A stretch of 64,000 nucleotides of DNA, taken from positions 1-64,000 of the IMG/VR virus record IMGVR_UViG_3300002026_000014. One strand, written 5' to 3'. The stretch is from a virus. Lineage: Duplodnaviria > Caudoviricetes. A program made the translations under genes and the position numbers. This document shows, piece by piece, positions 38,291 through 49,072 of this stretch (within the stretch, counting starts at the first letter, position 1; each line of letters begins with the position of its first letter). The notes under the pieces are model-generated. The model was not told where the DNA came from, made no database searches, and saw nothing but the letters and a program-made list of their open reading frames with translations.

Positions 38291-38321
38291 GTTTCAATCT
38301 AATGATATATAACTGAAAAAA
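38291..38321 (-). promoter_or_regulatory. Candidate phiKZ-type early promoter
   Basis: Minus strand ttttttcagttatatatcattagattgaaac, upstream of a non-structural gene cluster. Confidence 0.35.
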
Positions 38322-38333
38322 TCTAGAATACGA

Positions 38334-38392
38334 TTTTAAATCATATGTACCAATAGACCTTTTATGGATCTATTGGTACATATGATTTAAAA
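38334..38392. terminator. 24-bp perfect stem hairpin after the protease gene
   Basis: ttttaaatcatatgtaccaataga-(11 nt)-tctattggtacatatgatttaaaa. Confidence 0.8.
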
Positions 38393-38397
38393 ATAAC

Positions 38398-39144
38398 TTA
38401 CCATTTAACAAAATTAGGTTTCTCTAATTTGTTCCAACCGAGTATACTCAATAGATCGTCATTAAGTTGTTTAGTAGATTCCATTGTGATACCATCACCA
38501 GTTGGTATAGATGATTTCAATATATCTTCTTTTGTGAAAATAACATCTGTTCTAGATTCTAAAGTAGGACTTCTGTATTTTCTAGCTATACTTATACCAG
38601 GTTCAACGACGTGATCGAAAGATACAATTTGCCTAAGCATTCTGTGTTTGATTCCGGCCACTGTCATATCTTCAGTAAAAGCTCTAATTGAAAAACAAAC
38701 GTCTTCCTTAGTGTTCTCTAGTGATGCTGCTAATGATGGCCCCATGGGGCCGCTTGGTGCCACCTTAGCCATGATAGCTACAATAGGTCTACCCATCTCA
38801 TCTTTGATAGAATTAAAATCTAACCAGAGCTGAGAAAAATGTGAACACACTCTAGTCTCTTCAATAGCCATTACTCTATTAGCAAATGAATCCATTGATT
38901 GACCGACTGTGGGTTTTGGATGACCCATTTCACCTTTAAGACATCCAGTGCTTACTCGCCTCATTAAACTACTGGAGTCTTGAAAAAGTTCTTTAGCTGC
39001 CTCATACGGATAAAAATCTCCACTAGAGTTAAAAACATTGAGTCCACCTACTGGCATTGTATAATACCCGTCGGAGTCCTTTGGTAATCTACCTTGTTTA
39101 CCAGTGCCGTTTAAGGCTGTACATGAGAATTGAACTTGTTGCAT
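38398..39144 (-). CDS. Prohead (head maturation) serine protease, phiKZ gp175-like
   Basis: LKGEMGHP, FSIRA, FDHVVEPGISIA; synteny with the RNAP/tape-measure block. Confidence 0.85.
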   Translation of the reverse strand: MQQVQFSCTALNGTGKQGRLPKDSDGYYTMPVGGLNVFNSSGDFYPYEAAKELFQDSSSLMRRVSTGCLKGEMGHPKPTVGQSMDSFANRVMAIEETRVCSHFSQLWLDFNSIKDEMGRPIVAIMAKVAPSGPMGPSLAASLENTKEDVCFSIRAFTEDMTVAGIKHRMLRQIVSFDHVVEPGISIARKYRSPTLESRTDVIFTKEDILKSSIPTGDGITMESTKQLNDDLLSILGWNKLEKPNFVKW

Positions 39145-39146
39145 GT

Positions 39147-40472
39147 TTACACCTTATTAAAATCAGAATAATCTTTTCGCCGAGCTTTAATACTAGCGTC
39201 ACAATATTCCTTGATTTTCACTGTTGTTTGATTTTTGTATTGCCAATAACCAACTTCGATATTTTTCAAAGCATTTAATGATTGCTTGGCTTTTGTAAAC
39301 TTTTCTCTATTAGCTTTATACTCTTCTTCGCTCTCAGATGCATTAGAGCTTGATAGCTTTTCTATTTCTTTTAATTTTTCATTAATACTTTTCAAAACTT
39401 TCGATGCTAACATGTGAGTGTTTCTACCGTCACTCTCTAGATCATATTTAAGTTTAGTTAAATACGTTTTAATTTCACCTATAGTTAACACATCTATTTC
39501 TTCGATGTCATAGGTGTAATTAATTCTCTCTACGCCAGCATTAACCTGTAAAGTCTCAGTAGTATCTTTTGTACTGTGAATACTAGTTCCTTCAATTTTC
39601 CAAATAAAACCTTTCTTGAAAGAAAGTGGAACTACTTTAGCTACAGTGGTAGAGAACGGTACTTTACCTTTAAAAAATTCTTTTTGTTCCAATGTAAATG
39701 GATGTTTAAATTCAATGGAACCGTGGCTAATACTTATATCTAAATCAGAATTGCTATGTTTTATTATATCTAAAATTGAAGAATCGATATCTTTCAAATC
39801 CTCAATGTAGGTAATAATATCTTTTTTATTATTACCCAAATAAGAACCAAAATTACCTACATGCATTGTAAGTGGTTTATTGATATCATATTCACTTGGA
39901 CTGCTATCTTCAGTGGATATATTTTTCTTTAATGTGGAACTTACATGTTCATTTAATTCATCTAAATCTTTTAATGACTTATTTAGACCGTTGTATATTG
40001 ATTTTGTAAAATCAAATACTTTATTAAAGAAATTTTTAATCCATTCTAGAATCGTATTAAATGCTTTTTTAATAGCTTCCCATGCTGCTTTAGCAAATTC
40101 TTTAATACCTTCAATAGCTAATTTAGTACCTTCAACTTTAGTCATTGTACCACCAAAAGCTTCCATTGCTGGCATAGCTTTCTTAGTGTAGTTCATTCTT
40201 TTACAAAAATGCTCTATAGCTATCGATATCAATTTAGCATCAGTTTGTCCAATACTACCGTGATCAATTACAATTTTGTTAATTGACTCCATTGTAGTAA
40301 TTATTTCATCTGTTTCATCAATAGTGTCTGATAAATCAGTAATATCTTTTTCATCAGTTTCTAAATAATTATCTTGGAGAACATCTTCTGGATTACTGAT
40401 ATCAGCGATATCTATTAATTCATCTTCTTCTGTTATTTCTTCAAATGATAAAAATATTTTTCTATTAGACAT
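39147..40472 (-). CDS. Internal head (inner-body/ejection) protein with acidic propeptide
   Basis: Acidic N-terminus, A-x-E sites (IAIE, PAME, LAIE) followed by amphipathic helix IKEFAKAAWEAIKKAFNTILEWIKNFF; GAGGA before ATG 40472. Confidence 0.75.
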   Translation of the reverse strand: MSNRKIFLSFEEITEEDELIDIADISNPEDVLQDNYLETDEKDITDLSDTIDETDEIITTMESINKIVIDHGSIGQTDAKLISIAIEHFCKRMNYTKKAMPAMEAFGGTMTKVEGTKLAIEGIKEFAKAAWEAIKKAFNTILEWIKNFFNKVFDFTKSIYNGLNKSLKDLDELNEHVSSTLKKNISTEDSSPSEYDINKPLTMHVGNFGSYLGNNKKDIITYIEDLKDIDSSILDIIKHSNSDLDISISHGSIEFKHPFTLEQKEFFKGKVPFSTTVAKVVPLSFKKGFIWKIEGTSIHSTKDTTETLQVNAGVERINYTYDIEEIDVLTIGEIKTYLTKLKYDLESDGRNTHMLASKVLKSINEKLKEIEKLSSSNASESEEEYKANREKFTKAKQSLNALKNIEVGYWQYKNQTTVKIKEYCDASIKARRKDYSDFNKV

Positions 40473-40477
40473 TTTCA

Positions 40478-41218
40478 CTATCCTCTTAATATTGATTCGA
40501 TTCGTTCTTCTCTAGAAGATACGTTGACGAGTGATGCTACAATTCCAGAGCTCATATAGCTACCACCTAATCTGTTAGTTGTATTAGTGGCAGAATACAC
40601 TACGCTTTTTAATCCAATAAATACGGGATCTTTTTTCTTTAGATCACTAGTGGATTCCAAAACAGTTCTATAATATTTAGTTCTGTCAGTAGGATCTCGT
40701 GCTAGTAATGAAGCAATGAGTTCGGTGACTTCTTTGTTTTCACCAATATTTGCACCTGCATGATATTTCGCGGAATCAAACATTTTACCTAAATCTTCAT
40801 AATTAATATACCATGGAATATTCCCATTAGAGAAAATCTCATCGTAAATTTTATATGTCAATATGTCTGTCTTCACTAAATTCACTGATTTAAATACAGT
40901 GCTACCTGGATTAAAAACAAATTCAAAATACTGATCTTCATTTATTTTAATTCTATTTATTGTACTAGGATCAATATTAATCATTGCATTAATCGTAGAT
41001 ACTCCGTAATAAGTATCGTCTAGTATAATAGCATAAATACCGATAATATTGTTATCTAATCCAATATAAGCCAGATCCCTTTCTACGAATCTAGTGGGTA
41101 TCTGTATTTTTATTTCTTTTTTTGTAATCAATCGTCCATCTGGTAATTCTACCAAACACTCTTTAACTTTCTCGGGATCCCTTACTAATTTTTTAATATC
41201 CATTATATTCTTTCTCAT
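40478..41218 (-). CDS. Conserved phiKZ-like virion protein (gp176-like)
   Basis: LVRDPEKVKECL; GNIPWYINYEDL; synteny. Confidence 0.65.
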   Translation of the reverse strand: MRKNIMDIKKLVRDPEKVKECLVELPDGRLITKKEIKIQIPTRFVERDLAYIGLDNNIIGIYAIILDDTYYGVSTINAMINIDPSTINRIKINEDQYFEFVFNPGSTVFKSVNLVKTDILTYKIYDEIFSNGNIPWYINYEDLGKMFDSAKYHAGANIGENKEVTELIASLLARDPTDRTKYYRTVLESTSDLKKKDPVFIGLKSVVYSATNTTNRLGGSYMSSGIVASLVNVSSREERIESILRG

Positions 41219-41252
41219 CTAAACAAGGTGTGTTTAATACCTTGTTTAGATG
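41216..41252. terminator. 14-bp stem hairpin overlapping the annotated ATG of 40478..41218
   Basis: catctaaacaaggt-gtgtttaat-accttgtttagatg. Confidence 0.55.
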
Positions 41253-41256
41253 TGTG

Positions 41257-42699
41257 TTAAATACTAGTGAGTTTCATTTGATCACAAACATAATCTGTCA
41301 CGTATGCAATAGTCGAAATCAGTGCAGCTTCACGCACGTGTATATCAACGTTATCTGCGCACGCTTTCTCAATACCTGATAAAATCTTACCAGCGTCAGT
41401 GTAGTAAAATACACATCTGCAAATAGTATCCTGTGCTAATTTCCAAAGATTTTTAAAATCATTTTCATTTAAAGTAATTAGAAAATCTTCTAAATTTTTC
41501 TGGAATTGCAAATACTCAGGCATGTTAGAATCAACTACACCACCTTCTCTTAAATGAGCAAAGCATTGTGCGTAATTATCAGCTACTAATTTCAGACATC
41601 TGTTTTTCAAAATATCTTTATAATGAACAAAGCGTTTATTTTTCTCTGCTACTGTAAGCATCCAATTTTGACGCTCCCATGCAGCTAGAAAATCACCTTT
41701 TTTATTATTGATATCAGTAACAAATTTTTCAGGTGAAGAAGATAACATGCTTCCAAACAATACAGCGTTATTACCGCCTTCTTCCATCCATTTACGATAA
41801 GCGTCACCTACGACTACAATTTTATTATTAACTGCACTCTTAATGAGTAGACCAGTTGTTTTAAATCTAACGTACTCGTCGTAAGCGTGCACTAACCTTA
41901 AAGCGGCCTGATTTCTGATTTCAGCTACTTGTTTATTAAAAGTGTTTAAAGATTGTTTAGTTCCATCAATTGGGTTATCGTAAAGTTTTGATGCTAATAA
42001 ATAAACAGCGATTGCGGCGTCAACACCTTCATCGTTATCTTTTATCAAACTTTCAAATCTTTGTTCAGTGGGGGCGTTTGTAAAAACACAATCCCAGATA
42101 TGTTGAAAAAATGAATCACCTTTTTTAGCTACCCAAGTTGTAATAGCCTTATCAGTCACTGAATGACCGGTTAACATTCTTTCAACTATTTCGGTAGCTG
42201 ATAAACCAGGTAATGATAAATATGTATTGATTGGTAAATATTCTACATTTTTATAATCCATGATAGTATCTTCAAAAGAAGAAATAGTCATGGGTTCTGG
42301 TAAATCGGAAATAATGACTTCAGCGCTATATTGAGCGTTTAAAGGTAATGCTTCGATGTCGGCTTTTACCTCCAGAACCAATTCTTCAATGAGTGGCCTG
42401 ACTGTATTTTTAGCAAAATTTAAATGAGACTGAACATGTACAGCTATGTCTTCAGCTAATGCTTGTTCTGTGGTAGTGTGGATAGATCCACTAGAGTCAC
42501 CCCAGTTATTAGATTGATCATAAATCTGTTTTTCACTTGGGTCATAACTCGTAGTACCTACAACGCTAGTTGTGGTAAATGCAAAGCATTCATTGAGTTT
42601 AGCTAAAGGTGTCCCAGGAACCGCTTCTAGCATTAATTGTCTTTTATCAAATTCTTGAGCTACGCCGATAGCTGCTATGGCTGCAGTTACTCCGATCAT
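41257..42699 (-). CDS. Conserved phiKZ-like protein (gp177-like)
   Basis: 480 aa; synteny upstream of gp176-like. Confidence 0.6.
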   Translation of the reverse strand: MIGVTAAIAAIGVAQEFDKRQLMLEAVPGTPLAKLNECFAFTTTSVVGTTSYDPSEKQIYDQSNNWGDSSGSIHTTTEQALAEDIAVHVQSHLNFAKNTVRPLIEELVLEVKADIEALPLNAQYSAEVIISDLPEPMTISSFEDTIMDYKNVEYLPINTYLSLPGLSATEIVERMLTGHSVTDKAITTWVAKKGDSFFQHIWDCVFTNAPTEQRFESLIKDNDEGVDAAIAVYLLASKLYDNPIDGTKQSLNTFNKQVAEIRNQAALRLVHAYDEYVRFKTTGLLIKSAVNNKIVVVGDAYRKWMEEGGNNAVLFGSMLSSSPEKFVTDINNKKGDFLAAWERQNWMLTVAEKNKRFVHYKDILKNRCLKLVADNYAQCFAHLREGGVVDSNMPEYLQFQKNLEDFLITLNENDFKNLWKLAQDTICRCVFYYTDAGKILSGIEKACADNVDIHVREAALISTIAYVTDYVCDQMKLTSI

Positions 42700-42899
42700 G
42701 ATTGTACACCTTGACTAGTAAAGTTGGAGAAATTCTTATTAATTTGACTACCAATAATATCATGTAAAGCGGCTCTTGATAATTCAGAACCGTTGAGTGT
42801 ATTAGCGATCTCATTACCTGCAATCTTCTCAATAATTGCAGATGCCAAACAAATAGCATTACTGACAGTAAGCACTGTCCTTTCTGATTTTAAATGCAC
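42696..42899 (-). CDS. Small hypothetical protein
   Basis: 67 aa; TGA overlaps the next ATG. Confidence 0.55.
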   Translation of the reverse strand: MHLKSERTVLTVSNAICLASAIIEKIAGNEIANTLNGSELSRAALHDIIGSQINKNFSNFTSQGVQS

Positions 42900-43015
42900 G
42901 ATTAATCCTTATAAAATAAATTTGGGAGTATCTCATCTGTCATACTTTTACTCAAAGTATTGGCAGATGAGATTACTTATATTGCTGTTAAATAATCAAT
43001 TTTTTATTTTTTAAG

Positions 43016-46000
43016 TTAAGACCTGTATATTTTTATAGCTTTTTTAGCTATCACATTCAAAAGAGTTGTAGTGGTTCCAATAATGTAAGGTGAATTAACC
43101 ACCCGAGCAGTAATTGACTGCGAACCAAAAATAGCATCTAACACAGTGCCATCTTCAGTCACGTAATCTTGATCGAGTATGTTACCTGTTACACTTTTCA
43201 TCTGATTCACAAACACAACTTTATCACCAGTAGATGCTGGTACATTGGTAGTGATGTAAACCCTTATTGCTGCGCAATCTAACCCTAAAGGATCATTCTC
43301 AATTCTAAATCCGCCATCGACACTTCCTGTAAATGGTTTTCTATTTAAATTGTCTGCTGATTTTTTAAGATTTCTATTTCCAAAATTTACTACATCTAAC
43401 AAAGATTCAGACATGTCTTCTTTGTCACCGTTGTAAAAGATTTCTACTTTTTCAACGATTCCTTTAGTGTGTGCTCTAGGTGTTTGTGCACCTACCGCTT
43501 TTAAAGTGTCTAATGTTTGTTCATCAAATAGTTTATTTGTAGATGTGATTGAATCTTCGATAATGCATAACACATCATCGGATTCCAGTGAATCTCCAAC
43601 TTTAACTAATTTACTTATTGACTGATCGAATCTAATCAATATTGTTTTAACCTTAGTTATTCTAGTCATTAGTTTATCAGCTATTCTGGTAGATAGAGCT
43701 GATGAATCGTCTAATGTTTGATGACTTTCCCAAAGCACTGTTTTTACATTAGTAGAATTTTTAAAGATGACTCTTTTTCTATTAAATAAATCAGGCTCGA
43801 AGAACCCTTCATTATAACAGATGCAATCACCTAATTCTATTCTATCACCTGTTTTTAATTTAGTCACAACTGAATGCGGTATAGTAAGTCCAGCAGCATT
43901 GCCAAATCTTCTACCTAATTCATAACCTGTAACTTCCTTATCATCATACTCTACTATAATTCCATTCTCATTAATAGATTTCACGGTGCCGGGTTTCTTT
44001 GCAGTCATTGCAAATAAATCACCAGACCTCTGAGGAACTATCTGTTCATAACCTGTTCTAACACTTGGCTGGTGATAACCTGCACAAGCTATTGAGTGCT
44101 CTTGTTGTATGGCTACGAAATTCACCCGTTTTGGATCATCTCTATCCGAGCCTGGTGCCAATAATGCACTGGTCGATAATAGTGCAGTAGCGCCGGTCTT
44201 ATTAAAATCGTACTCTTTAGAAATGCCTCTAAGAGAATTGAATTGTGGATCAGCACTAGTGAAAACGTTAATAGCTACATCTGAAGAATCTACTGTAGAC
44301 TCTGATATAGTACCCATATCGTTTTTATGATAAGCGCGGGTATGCGCAGTCATGCTACGTTTATTTCTACCGCCTGTACCTGCAAACGTCACAGCTTCAG
44401 TTTCCTTTAATGCTTTAATTGGATTTATTTCATTGACCTGTGATTTACTAGGATCTTCTGAAATTCTCTTCCATACTGCATAAGGATTCATTTCGATAGG
44501 TTGATTTGATTTACCTAATTTTCCGTTATGTACACGAATAGCTTGTACAAGCTCCGTATAAACAGCGCCAGATAATCTTTCATATCCTTTAATACGCATA
44601 TATTTAGGATCTAACTCGTCTGGATGTTGATCATCTAAAAGCATTTCACATGCTCTAAATAAGAGACCCTGAAATGTAACCGGTTCTTTCATTTCAATGA
44701 GTAAATCTTTAGTGATATTATCGATGAACATATTGTACATCAAATCTATCTCTCTAAGATATCTCACACCTAAATTAGCTGTATCTAAAAGATTTAAATA
44801 TACGCCTTTTTTATCAAAGCTATAAACACTGAAAAGTTTAATTGCTCTATGGTATTCGTTAAATCCAGATAAAATAATACTGGCTAATCTATCATCCCTA
44901 GAGAAAATAAGTGTTTCATCACTAAATGCTAAAGCGTATTCATTTGCTTCTAAATTTAATCTATTGCCGGCGTTGACTCTTCTAGGTGTTACTTTTAATA
45001 ATTTAATCAGATTATCTAATCCAATTTTATAACCTAAGATAACACCCATGGGAATTTCTTTACCAAACACCACTAGGTCGACATACTCCACTGGAGCATT
45101 TTGTAATGCAACTCCTAAGAATTGTTCAAATACCCCAAAAAGTTTGAGTTCGGTATCGTCAGTGGTGTAGATTGTACCGTTTACATCCAGAACTAAATAA
45201 GTGCCATTTGCACTAGACCCTATTACAATTGAGCCATCTTTTTCAAAATGATTTAACACACTTTCAGGATAATTACTCAGCACATCTTTTCTATTAAACA
45301 GTAAAGTGAAACCTCTACACTTTATAGATTTGAATGACATCGATAAAGCAGTGTAAGCTCTAGGCGCTTTTAAAGTATTATCGAATGTATTAGCTGGCGC
45401 AATTTCAGTGATGTCTAAATCTTCTTTATCCAGACCTTTTTCCATTACACAATTTTGTAACCAATGACCGTAGTCGTCTGATTTTTTTCTACCTCTATTA
45501 ATAAATACTTTACCGTAGTAACTAGTAAGTGCTACCCGGTTATAATTAGTTTTACGAATTGGTAGATCGGATTTTTGCTTACGAAGAGTGTACTTAATTC
45601 CGTTACTTTCAAACGAACCGCCTGCATTTATTACAGGTAATTTAAACCTAAGCGTTGACGCTAACCCTTCAACAGGTGATAATTTAATAGTGTGCATTTC
45701 AAAGCCACCTAAAATGTCTTCGACTGTTTCCACCTTATAATTAGTCACTGCGATACCAGCTCTTTGAACAGACATCACTGCGTTAGCTGTATCTTTTGCT
45801 AAAATGTTTTTAATATATCTGCTATCAAAATCTATAAGACTAGATTTCAACATTGTCTTATCTAGAACAGATTCATTATCTATCATTGTTGAAGATTCTT
45901 TTATACTTAAATCTTCTGGTTTAATTTTAATAAATTCATTCAGTGGAGTTATCCCATCTGGTGAAATTATTTGTTTATAACTATTAGCTAACTTATTAAA

Positions 46001-47344
46001 CCTTCTGTATTCACCAGCAGTCAATAATCCTTCATCTGCTAGACCATCGCATATATTAATAATACTATCTTCTAGAGATATTTCTGGTTCATCGATGATA
46101 TCTTTAATACTAACCGTACTTATATTTTTATCTTGTTCTTGTTTTAAAACAATATCATTAAGTGTAGTTAACTCTTTATCGAGTTGATCATCTTCATTTT
46201 TTATTTTCTCTTTAACAAGTTCGTCATCAATATTCAGATATTCTTCATCATCTGCGGATAACACTTGTTGATCATCTTTACGCCTTGTTTGATCGATATC
46301 TTGTATTAGCTCTTCTTTTATTTCAACGGATTCTTCGACATCATCATGCGTTTGAATGTCATCACCAATCAATGTATCGTCAGTAGATTCGACAGGTATT
46401 ACGTTACCGGTTAATACTGATACAGTGTTTTCCACTACTTCAGGTTTAATCTCTATATTAGAAGTTACTGTCTTTAACTCCATAATAGACATAAACATTC
46501 TTAACAAACGTTTTTGAATTTGTTCAAAAGATAATTGTAATTTCGATTCAATTACACAACCTTCATTACTTTCATTTTCGCCTGATTTTCTAAAGCTATT
46601 TAAAACACCTAAATTAAGAATGCACCACTTTCCACTTTCAATATAGATTATGTTAATTAGATGCAATTTATTATTAGGTATTTTCGCAAATATACTCTTA
46701 GATCTATCGTTGCTCAACCACTTCCATAACTCAAGTAAAGTGTACGCTTCATTTGAGTTAAAAACTTTCAGTAATGCTTGATTTATTTCAATGTTGCTAG
46801 CTAAATTTAATTGAGTTAGACTAGGAATAATCTTTGGACAACCGCTTAATAAAAAATGTTGATTGTCTGATTCATTTGATACATTTACTATATTAGTAAT
46901 AACTGCTGAAAAAGTGTTATACCATTTAAAATATTCAGTGAAAAAACTTCTAATGTATTTATATGTTTTATTAATAAAACAATAATTATATACAATGATT
47001 GCAGTAGGATCTTTACTAGCTATTTGTATATTTCTAAGAGGTCTCATCCTTCTATGTTGATTATGATAATCTCTAATTAAACCGTTTACATTTAAAGCTT
47101 GTTTTCTAGGATTACCTAATTGAGAATCAATGTCCACAATGTGGCCAACTAAAATAGGTTTTTTTGTATTCCTAAACAAATAATCGTCACTTGGTGGACC
47201 ACTCTCTACTCCGTCAAACGTGACATAATGGTATATTGACTTCATGGGAAGATCTAAATCCATCATCTCAAAAGTAGGCGGAGTCATTATTTGTTGTAAT
47301 AATCTAATTCCGTATTTTCTATAAAATAATTGATATGTAAACAT
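43016..47344 (-). CDS. rpoB: Virion RNA polymerase beta-like subunit (phiKZ gp178-like)
   Basis: FTGTGGRNK..HKNDMGTISESTVDS..., DDPKRVNF..QQ.H, GDKVVFVNQMKS; 1442 aa. Confidence 0.9.
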   Translation of the reverse strand: MFTYQLFYRKYGIRLLQQIMTPPTFEMMDLDLPMKSIYHYVTFDGVESGPPSDDYLFRNTKKPILVGHIVDIDSQLGNPRKQALNVNGLIRDYHNQHRRMRPLRNIQIASKDPTAIIVYNYCFINKTYKYIRSFFTEYFKWYNTFSAVITNIVNVSNESDNQHFLLSGCPKIIPSLTQLNLASNIEINQALLKVFNSNEAYTLLELWKWLSNDRSKSIFAKIPNNKLHLINIIYIESGKWCILNLGVLNSFRKSGENESNEGCVIESKLQLSFEQIQKRLLRMFMSIMELKTVTSNIEIKPEVVENTVSVLTGNVIPVESTDDTLIGDDIQTHDDVEESVEIKEELIQDIDQTRRKDDQQVLSADDEEYLNIDDELVKEKIKNEDDQLDKELTTLNDIVLKQEQDKNISTVSIKDIIDEPEISLEDSIINICDGLADEGLLTAGEYRRFNKLANSYKQIISPDGITPLNEFIKIKPEDLSIKESSTMIDNESVLDKTMLKSSLIDFDSRYIKNILAKDTANAVMSVQRAGIAVTNYKVETVEDILGGFEMHTIKLSPVEGLASTLRFKLPVINAGGSFESNGIKYTLRKQKSDLPIRKTNYNRVALTSYYGKVFINRGRKKSDDYGHWLQNCVMEKGLDKEDLDITEIAPANTFDNTLKAPRAYTALSMSFKSIKCRGFTLLFNRKDVLSNYPESVLNHFEKDGSIVIGSSANGTYLVLDVNGTIYTTDDTELKLFGVFEQFLGVALQNAPVEYVDLVVFGKEIPMGVILGYKIGLDNLIKLLKVTPRRVNAGNRLNLEANEYALAFSDETLIFSRDDRLASIILSGFNEYHRAIKLFSVYSFDKKGVYLNLLDTANLGVRYLREIDLMYNMFIDNITKDLLIEMKEPVTFQGLLFRACEMLLDDQHPDELDPKYMRIKGYERLSGAVYTELVQAIRVHNGKLGKSNQPIEMNPYAVWKRISEDPSKSQVNEINPIKALKETEAVTFAGTGGRNKRSMTAHTRAYHKNDMGTISESTVDSSDVAINVFTSADPQFNSLRGISKEYDFNKTGATALLSTSALLAPGSDRDDPKRVNFVAIQQEHSIACAGYHQPSVRTGYEQIVPQRSGDLFAMTAKKPGTVKSINENGIIVEYDDKEVTGYELGRRFGNAAGLTIPHSVVTKLKTGDRIELGDCICYNEGFFEPDLFNRKRVIFKNSTNVKTVLWESHQTLDDSSALSTRIADKLMTRITKVKTILIRFDQSISKLVKVGDSLESDDVLCIIEDSITSTNKLFDEQTLDTLKAVGAQTPRAHTKGIVEKVEIFYNGDKEDMSESLLDVVNFGNRNLKKSADNLNRKPFTGSVDGGFRIENDPLGLDCAAIRVYITTNVPASTGDKVVFVNQMKSVTGNILDQDYVTEDGTVLDAIFGSQSITARVVNSPYIIGTTTTLLNVIAKKAIKIYRS

Positions 47345-47348
47345 AATT

Positions 47349-48965
47349 TTAACCAGTTAAATTTTGTAATAAATATTTGACTGTATCTGTTTCTAAATTA
47401 GCAATAAATTGACCATCGGTACCAATGTATGCAATTTTAGATTTGAAAAAGTCGTTAACTTCTTTTATAGCTTCATCTGAATATGCTACAGTGCAACTTG
47501 ATGTATCTCCGTCAAAGTCAGCATTCAATCCAGATAATCTGCAAGAATGCGGCGACAAAGAATTAAAAAAATCAGAATCAGTAGGAAATTCATAAGCGAT
47601 TCTATCTTCACCTAATGGTTCCCAGTCATCACCTAATTCTTTTCTGACTTCAGATTTGATAGTAGATTTTAAACGTAAGTGGCTCGGATAAATAGAGCCC
47701 GGTCCTAAGATAGGATAACGAGTTACATAACCTGGGTATTTATTTGCAATATGGTAAATTGAGCAATAAAACAAAAGAGCCATTGTAATAGGACTGCAAT
47801 CTTCTTTTAATCTACCTTCGGGTAGATCATCTATACCGTGTATTAATTTAAAAGTGTTATCAGGTCCTTTATATATTAGACCTAAATAATTACCATTCAC
47901 TTTAACAGGGTTTGATCTTACACTGGGTTCTTTAAAAGTACCGATGTAGTTATCTAAGCCTTCGTTTGTCATCCACTCATTATAGATATCAGCCTTGAGC
48001 TCAACTCTTTCAGATTGAAGAGTTTTAATATTTGTTAATAAAGCTGGTGCACCAACATCTGTAAATACTTTAGATAAAAATCCAGTTTTTAAATAATACC
48101 TAGACACTGGTAACATTGCTTTCATGCATTGATATATACCAATATCTGTATTGTTAATATCCACATTGTTAGGCGCATTTAAAAAATCACTAGTGGTATT
48201 CATACTCGTGATCACATTACGAGTACCGTTGAATACTTTTCTACTGGCCCATTTACCCATTAACAAATTTTTCTTACCTTCAACAATAGCTAAAATATAA
48301 TCATATATTTCTAAGAATGTATTTTGCAAAGACACTCTTTGACTATTATAAGCTTCTGGTGACACTTTCACAGTCGATGGATTTATTGTATTAGATATAG
48401 CTATTAGTTTATAATACAGTTTATTGATTTCATCAGAAGTCTCTCTTCCGCTATCATCTACTTCCATGTCTCTATACGCCGCTGGCATAACAATTACTTT
48501 GTCTGTCAGTGCGACGTCTTTAAATTTTTCAATCATGAGAATATTTTGTTCTCTCATGATACTAGGTCTTTGAGTGAAGACAATCTTACGCCAATGTTCT
48601 ACGAAAAACTCAAAACCAGTGTATCCTTCTAACGCATTAGATTTAACGAAATCATTAATGTCGGCATCCCAAATAGCAAACTCTTTACTGTTTATTATTT
48701 CACCGTAAAGACTTTTTAATTGCAAAAGAGCATTGTAAATTGTTGGATGAAATATAGCTATTTTTAAGTTAATGTAACCATATCTAGACGACCTTGCTTC
48801 ACTTCCAACAGTTCCAAATGTGAGCGTCGAATATAATCCTTCTGGATGGAAATTTTTAGTTAATGAAACATATGTATCCAGTGATGTAATTGCCCTAATA
48901 TTGTTAGTGACATTAGGTGTCATTTGGAGTATATCCAAATTAAATGGAATTTTTGATGTGTTCAA
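47349..48965 (-). CDS. rpoC: Virion RNA polymerase beta'-like catalytic subunit (phiKZ gp180-like)
   Basis: Catalytic LNADFDGD; FHPEGLYS..FG..GS..RS.RYGYI; W.SRKVFNGTRNVIT. Confidence 0.92.
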   Translation of the reverse strand: MNTSKIPFNLDILQMTPNVTNNIRAITSLDTYVSLTKNFHPEGLYSTLTFGTVGSEARSSRYGYINLKIAIFHPTIYNALLQLKSLYGEIINSKEFAIWDADINDFVKSNALEGYTGFEFFVEHWRKIVFTQRPSIMREQNILMIEKFKDVALTDKVIVMPAAYRDMEVDDSGRETSDEINKLYYKLIAISNTINPSTVKVSPEAYNSQRVSLQNTFLEIYDYILAIVEGKKNLLMGKWASRKVFNGTRNVITSMNTTSDFLNAPNNVDINNTDIGIYQCMKAMLPVSRYYLKTGFLSKVFTDVGAPALLTNIKTLQSERVELKADIYNEWMTNEGLDNYIGTFKEPSVRSNPVKVNGNYLGLIYKGPDNTFKLIHGIDDLPEGRLKEDCSPITMALLFYCSIYHIANKYPGYVTRYPILGPGSIYPSHLRLKSTIKSEVRKELGDDWEPLGEDRIAYEFPTDSDFFNSLSPHSCRLSGLNADFDGDTSSCTVAYSDEAIKEVNDFFKSKIAYIGTDGQFIANLETDTVKYLLQNLTG

Positions 48966-49007
48966 TTGAATATATCCTTTTTAATATTTTTAATATACAA
49001 CCTATGA

Positions 49008-49041
49008 GGGCTATTAAATTAGTTAGCTCATTTAATAGCCC
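49008..49041. promoter_or_regulatory. 12-bp stem in the divergent rpoC/tape-measure intergenic region
   Basis: gggctattaaat...atttaatagccc, preceded by TATG. Confidence 0.45.
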
Positions 49042-49072
49042 AAAAAAATAATTTTAATTAGAAGGATTTCTG

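Noticed and set aside
43016-48965. Intein or intron in the RNAP subunits
   Set aside because: Continuous ORFs of sizes expected for gp178/gp180; no splice motifs seen
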